From positions 992,001 through 1,056,000 of the forward strand of contig CAVOKF010000005.1 in NCBI GenBank assembly GCA_963696385.1: a stretch of 64,000 nt of DNA, written 5' to 3'. Made by a program: the position numbers and the translations under genes. This document shows, piece by piece, positions 60,372-64,000 of this stretch; the stretch's first letter is position 1; every line of letters starts with the position of its first letter. This DNA comes from an uncultured delta proteobacterium. GTDB lineage: Bacteria; Myxococcota_A; Polyangia; Polyangiales; Polyangiaceae. A model generated the notes under the pieces. It had not been told where the DNA came from. It saw only the letters and a list, made by a program, of their open reading frames with translations, and ran no database searches.

Positions 60372-62729
60372 TTAGTCGCGGGCTTTGAGAACCATCACCA
60401 GATCGAGGCGATCCGACTGCCTTCGGACGACCATGGCGCTCAGCAGCGCAGCCAGCAGGACCACGCAAGCAGCACCGACGTACGAAGCGGGCATGATGGA
60501 AACCGGAATCCGTATCAATTCCCGGTCGATCGTCGACAGCGTCAGGCCACCGATCACTCGACCGAGGTACAAGCCGGGAGCGATTCCGAGAACGACCTGG
60601 ATCACCTGCTCTCCGAGCAGGACGAACGCGAGCTCGCTTCGCGTGAATCCCAAAATTCGCATCGTCGCGAGATCTCGACTCCGCAGCTCGAAGGCAATGC
60701 GCGCATTGTTGTAGACGACGCCCACCGCAATGGCTGCGGCGAAGACGGCCAAGACGACCTTCATCACCACGAGAACATCGCCTTCCTCGGCGCGCACGAG
60801 TCCGCGGTCGACGCTCGGACGGCTGACCGAGGCCACAGCGGGCAAGCCGTTCAGCCGCGCCGAAACCTCGTCGACGTCGCCCGGGTCGACGGCGAGGAGC
60901 ACGACGTTGGCCCGCGGCGTCTCCCCCATCAGGTGCGCCAGCGCCGTGGCATCCATGTACGCCGCGATTCCCAGGAAATCGTCGACGAGCGCGGCGATGG
61001 GAACGCGGACCTTGCGGCGATCGGACTCGAGCACCTCGATGTCGATCTCGTCGCCCGCACGAACGCCGAGCGCTTCGCCGAGGGGTCGAGACAACGAGAG
61101 ACCGGCTGCAGGCAGCCGCAGCGGGCGGAAGTCGGTGCCGAGCACCCGGTATAGGTCCATCCCCTCGGCAAGACCCAGGATCGTGGTCGTGCGAGTGCGG
61201 TGACCTGCCCGCAGGCGTACGGGGACCTGGCGCTCGCCTTCGGCGTAGCGGACTCCGGGAATGTGAGCGGCATCGCGCACTGCCCGCCACGGGTGGGAGT
61301 CATCCAGGGTAACGGTGACGGCTTCGCGGTGCGAGACCTCGAACTGAAGCCGAAGCATCTCGTCCATCGAGTCGCCCATGACGCTGCCGGCAACGACGAT
61401 GGCGGTCGCGAAGGCAATGGACCCGGCGGAAAGCAGCATCCGCCACGGTTGGCGCTGCGCATCCCTCAGCACCATGCGCGCAACCGGACGGAGCAGGGCG
61501 TAGACGCGGTCGAGGCGCGTTCGGTGGTAGCTCGGCGGGGCCTCGGGCCGCATGGCTTCGGCGGGCGGAATGCGGACGGCCCTCTGTACGGCCGAGAAGG
61601 CGCCTGCCACCCCGGCCACGACGGCCACGCTGGTGGCCTCCGCAATCGCCCGTGCATCGAACCGAAAGAGGTAGATCGGAAAGCGAAAGTACCGCGCGTA
61701 CACGACCAAGATGCTTTTGGCCCCGACCTCTCCCAGAACCCAGCCGAAAACGACTCCCAGGGCGCAGATCGCCAGCGCGAATTGCAAGTAGTGGGCGGCA
61801 AGCTCTCGTGTCCGATAGCCGAGCGCCTTGAGCGTCGCGATCTGCTCGCGCTGGGAACCGACGATACGAGACAGGAGCACGTGCAGAAGGAACGCCGCGA
61901 CGCCGAGAAAGATGATGGGCAACGTGGTCGCCGACCGTCGGAGCTGCCCGATTTTCTGCTCCACCAACTTGCTCGAGGGCTGATCGGCGCGACCCACGGA
62001 ACCGAGGCTTCCGTACGGCTCCAAGATCGTGTCGACGCGAAGAAGGGTCTCGGGCTCGTCGGCGCCCACGGCGAGCTGAATCGTCGCGTCATTGAAGCCG
62101 CCGGTGAGCCCCATGGACTCCGCCAGTGCGTCTTCGTCCATCCACGCGATTCCGAAATGCCAGGGATCGGGCAGGCCGGTGCGCGGCTCGGATGCCCACA
62201 CGAACTCCGGCGAGACGGCGATACCGACGACCTTGAGCTTCGAGAGTCGCCCGTCGATGACGGCTGTCACGGTCGATCCGGGGACGAGACCCCAGGTCTC
62301 GGCGAACGTTGCGCTCAGCAAGATCTCGTCGGACCTTCCCGGCTCTACGTGTCTTCCGGATAGGATCCGCGTCTGGTTGAGCCGGTCCTCTGCGGGCCAG
62401 TGCACCGAGACGAAGTGAAGGACGACGGCTTCGTCGCTCGTTTCGATCCTCGCTCGAAAGTCGCCGACGACGCGTCCCTCGACGGTCGCGACACCCGGCA
62501 GCTCCCGGAGACGATCGAGCACGGCAGCGGGCGCCCGCTTGAGGCGGGCGAAGACGTCGGCGAAATGCGCGTCTTCGTAGAAGGCGTCCTTCGACGCTTG
62601 CACCGACGCCGCGGCGGACACAGCGGCCACGAAGCTTGCGATGCCGCATCCTATGACCAAGGCGATCGTGAGGCACTGGTTGCGCAGGCGCCATAGGTCA
62701 CGGATGAGCTTGAGATGGATGGTTCTCAC
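60372..62729 (-). CDS. FtsX/MacB-type ABC permease (duplicated)
   Basis: [38 protein letters not shown]...[16 protein letters not shown] overlap with the ATPase. Confidence 0.9.
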   Translation of the reverse strand: MRTIHLKLIRDLWRLRNQCLTIALVIGCGIASFVAAVSAAASVQASKDAFYEDAHFADVFARLKRAPAAVLDRLRELPGVATVEGRVVGDFRARIETSDEAVVLHFVSVHWPAEDRLNQTRILSGRHVEPGRSDEILLSATFAETWGLVPGSTVTAVIDGRLSKLKVVGIAVSPEFVWASEPRTGLPDPWHFGIAWMDEDALAESMGLTGGFNDATIQLAVGADEPETLLRVDTILEPYGSLGSVGRADQPSSKLVEQKIGQLRRSATTLPIIFLGVAAFLLHVLLSRIVGSQREQIATLKALGYRTRELAAHYLQFALAICALGVVFGWVLGEVGAKSILVVYARYFRFPIYLFRFDARAIAEATSVAVVAGVAGAFSAVQRAVRIPPAEAMRPEAPPSYHRTRLDRVYALLRPVARMVLRDAQRQPWRMLLSAGSIAFATAIVVAGSVMGDSMDEMLRLQFEVSHREAVTVTLDDSHPWRAVRDAAHIPGVRYAEGERQVPVRLRAGHRTRTTTILGLAEGMDLYRVLGTDFRPLRLPAAGLSLSRPLGEALGVRAGDEIDIEVLESDRRKVRVPIAALVDDFLGIAAYMDATALAHLMGETPRANVVLLAVDPGDVDEVSARLNGLPAVASVSRPSVDRGLVRAEEGDVLVVMKVVLAVFAAAIAVGVVYNNARIAFELRSRDLATMRILGFTRSELAFVLLGEQVIQVVLGIAPGLYLGRVIGGLTLSTIDRELIRIPVSIMPASYVGAACVVLLAALLSAMVVRRQSDRLDLVMVLKARD

Positions 62730-63445
62730 CAGGCGATTTCGCTTGGGGTCTTGCGAACCGCGTTGACTCGGTCGCTCTCGATCCGTCCGTCTGCGAGAGT
62801 CACCACGCGGTGGGCCATCTCTCGGATGGGGGCATTGTGCGTCACGATGGCGACGCTCGCTCCCGTTTCGCGGTTCACGCGTTCGAGCACCTGGAGCACG
62901 ATCCGTCCCGTCGCCGCGTCCAGAGCGCCGGTCGGCTCGTCGCAAAGCAGGATTTCCGGCTTCTTGACCACGGCTCGTGCAATCGCTACCCGCTGCTGCT
63001 CGCCGCCCGACATCTGGGAGGGATAGTGATCGCGGCGCGCAAGGAGTCCGACGAGACCCAGGGCGTCGTCCGGGGACATGGGCCGGTCGGCCATGTCGGC
63101 GACGAGAGAAACGTTCTCGCGCGCCGTCAAACTGGGAATCAAGTTGTAGAACTGAAAAATGAAGCCGATATGACGGCGTCGGTACTGCGTCAGTTCCTCC
63201 TCGGTCGGATGCGACAAATCCCGCCCGTCGTACGCGAGCGTGCCCGAGGTAGGAACATCGAGTCCCCCGAGGATATTGAGAAGCGTGGACTTGCCGCTTC
63301 CCGAGGGCCCGAGCAAGACGACGATTTCGCGCCTGTGCAGCTCGAAATCGACGCCGCGAAGCGCATGCACCTCGACCTCGCCCATCGGGTACGTCTTCAC
63401 GAGCGCCGACGCGCAGATGGCGATCTCGCTCGCGTGCTCAGTCAC
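62726..63445 (-). CDS. ABC ATP-binding protein (LolD/MacB-like)
   Basis: [40 protein letters not shown]. Confidence 0.95.
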   Translation of the reverse strand: MTEHASEIAICASALVKTYPMGEVEVHALRGVDFELHRREIVVLLGPSGSGKSTLLNILGGLDVPTSGTLAYDGRDLSHPTEEELTQYRRRHIGFIFQFYNLIPSLTARENVSLVADMADRPMSPDDALGLVGLLARRDHYPSQMSGGEQQRVAIARAVVKKPEILLCDEPTGALDAATGRIVLQVLERVNRETGASVAIVTHNAPIREMAHRVVTLADGRIESDRVNAVRKTPSEIAW

Positions 63446-63709
63446 GATGCCTGCCAAAATCGCCGAATGGCGATGGCGAGGAGCGGTGGTGGGCTTCGGC
63501 AGCCGGGTCGAAGAAGCGCGGGCGCGGCACGGCAAACGGAGTCCTATAAACCATGGGCTTGTCTTGGGCACCACGAAGAAGGGGCTGCCGACCGTGTCCG
63601 TTCCGAACGACCGGACGGAGCCCACCGCCAGACGCGCGCGTCACCCCTCCGGGCAGGCGCGCACCCCAAGCTAGACTGAGCTCGACGTGTGACGTGCCGG
63701 AGCCGAGCG

Positions 63710-64000
63710 ATGAAGCGCACAGTTGTCGTGATCACCGCCGTAGCCTCGCTCGCCTGGACGCCGCCGGCGCCCACGAAGACGTCGGGCTGTCGCGTCGACG
63801 GACTCCTGCCGGACCGGTCCTGCACCCCCGGCGCAGTCGCCACGACCTCGATCGCCGTCGTCTGCCACACGTCGACACGCGGTCGGCGCGACGTCTCGCG
63901 AACCGTGCGTCGCCGCGTCTTGGAGGCCTACGGTCTTGCCCCTCGGCAGCCGCCGGGCGCTTACGAGATTGACCACTTGATCCCCTTGGAGCTCGGAGGC
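63710..64000 (+). CDS. Exported HNH-endonuclease-like protein (partial, runs off the window)
   Basis: Manual translation: MKRTVVVITAVASLAW...LPDRSCTPGA...VC...AYG...YEIDHLIPLELGG. Not in the ORF track because the stop codon is outside the window. Confidence 0.75.
   Translation, partial: MKRTVVVITAVASLAWTPPAPTKTSGCRVDGLLPDRSCTPGAVATTSIAVVCHTSTRGRRDVSRTVRRRVLEAYGLAPRQPPGAYEIDHLIPLELGG

Noticed and set aside
889..62363. Many long Arg/Ala/Pro-rich antisense or alternate-frame ORFs (e.g. 889-2202, 7413-8825, 19659-21155, 47647-49395, 57907-59457)
   Set aside because: Typical high-GC shadow ORFs overlapping well-supported genes.
1..64000. rRNA, tRNA, transposase, integrase or prophage
   Set aside because: No such signatures recognised by eye. 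The island has no visible att sites or integrase, so it is not called a mobile element.

Overview
High-GC bacterial DNA with a gene repertoire typical of a Polyangiaceae-like myxobacterium (Myxococcota): a DUF1592/DUF1552 pair, Ser/Thr kinase-PEGA-lipoprotein cassettes and many Cys-rich lipoproteins. The taxonomy is inferred from gene content only. About 55 coding regions can be supported. They include two ABC/MFP export systems, an RND pump with TolC and TetR, glutamine synthetase III, APS reductase, cholesterol oxidase, a desaturase, TrmY, a SET protein and a TLC nucleotide carrier. I found no rRNA, tRNA, transposase or CRISPR array. Several single-base frameshifts (cysH, the RND pump and its MFP, one lipoprotein) look like long-read assembly errors or decay. 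The most interesting region is a ~13 kb island at about 33.8-47.0 kb. It holds two paralogous outer-membrane beta-barrels, each followed by a paralogous Cys-rich lipoprotein, and five paralogues of an uncharacterised lipoprotein family (C...CH...DPY...W). It also holds two atypical KdpE-like response regulators with no kinase or kdpABC genes in the window, and about ten KdpE-box-like TT(T/G)AYN-N5-TTTAYN direct repeats in its intergenic DNA. All family assignments come from motifs recognised by eye, not from database searches.
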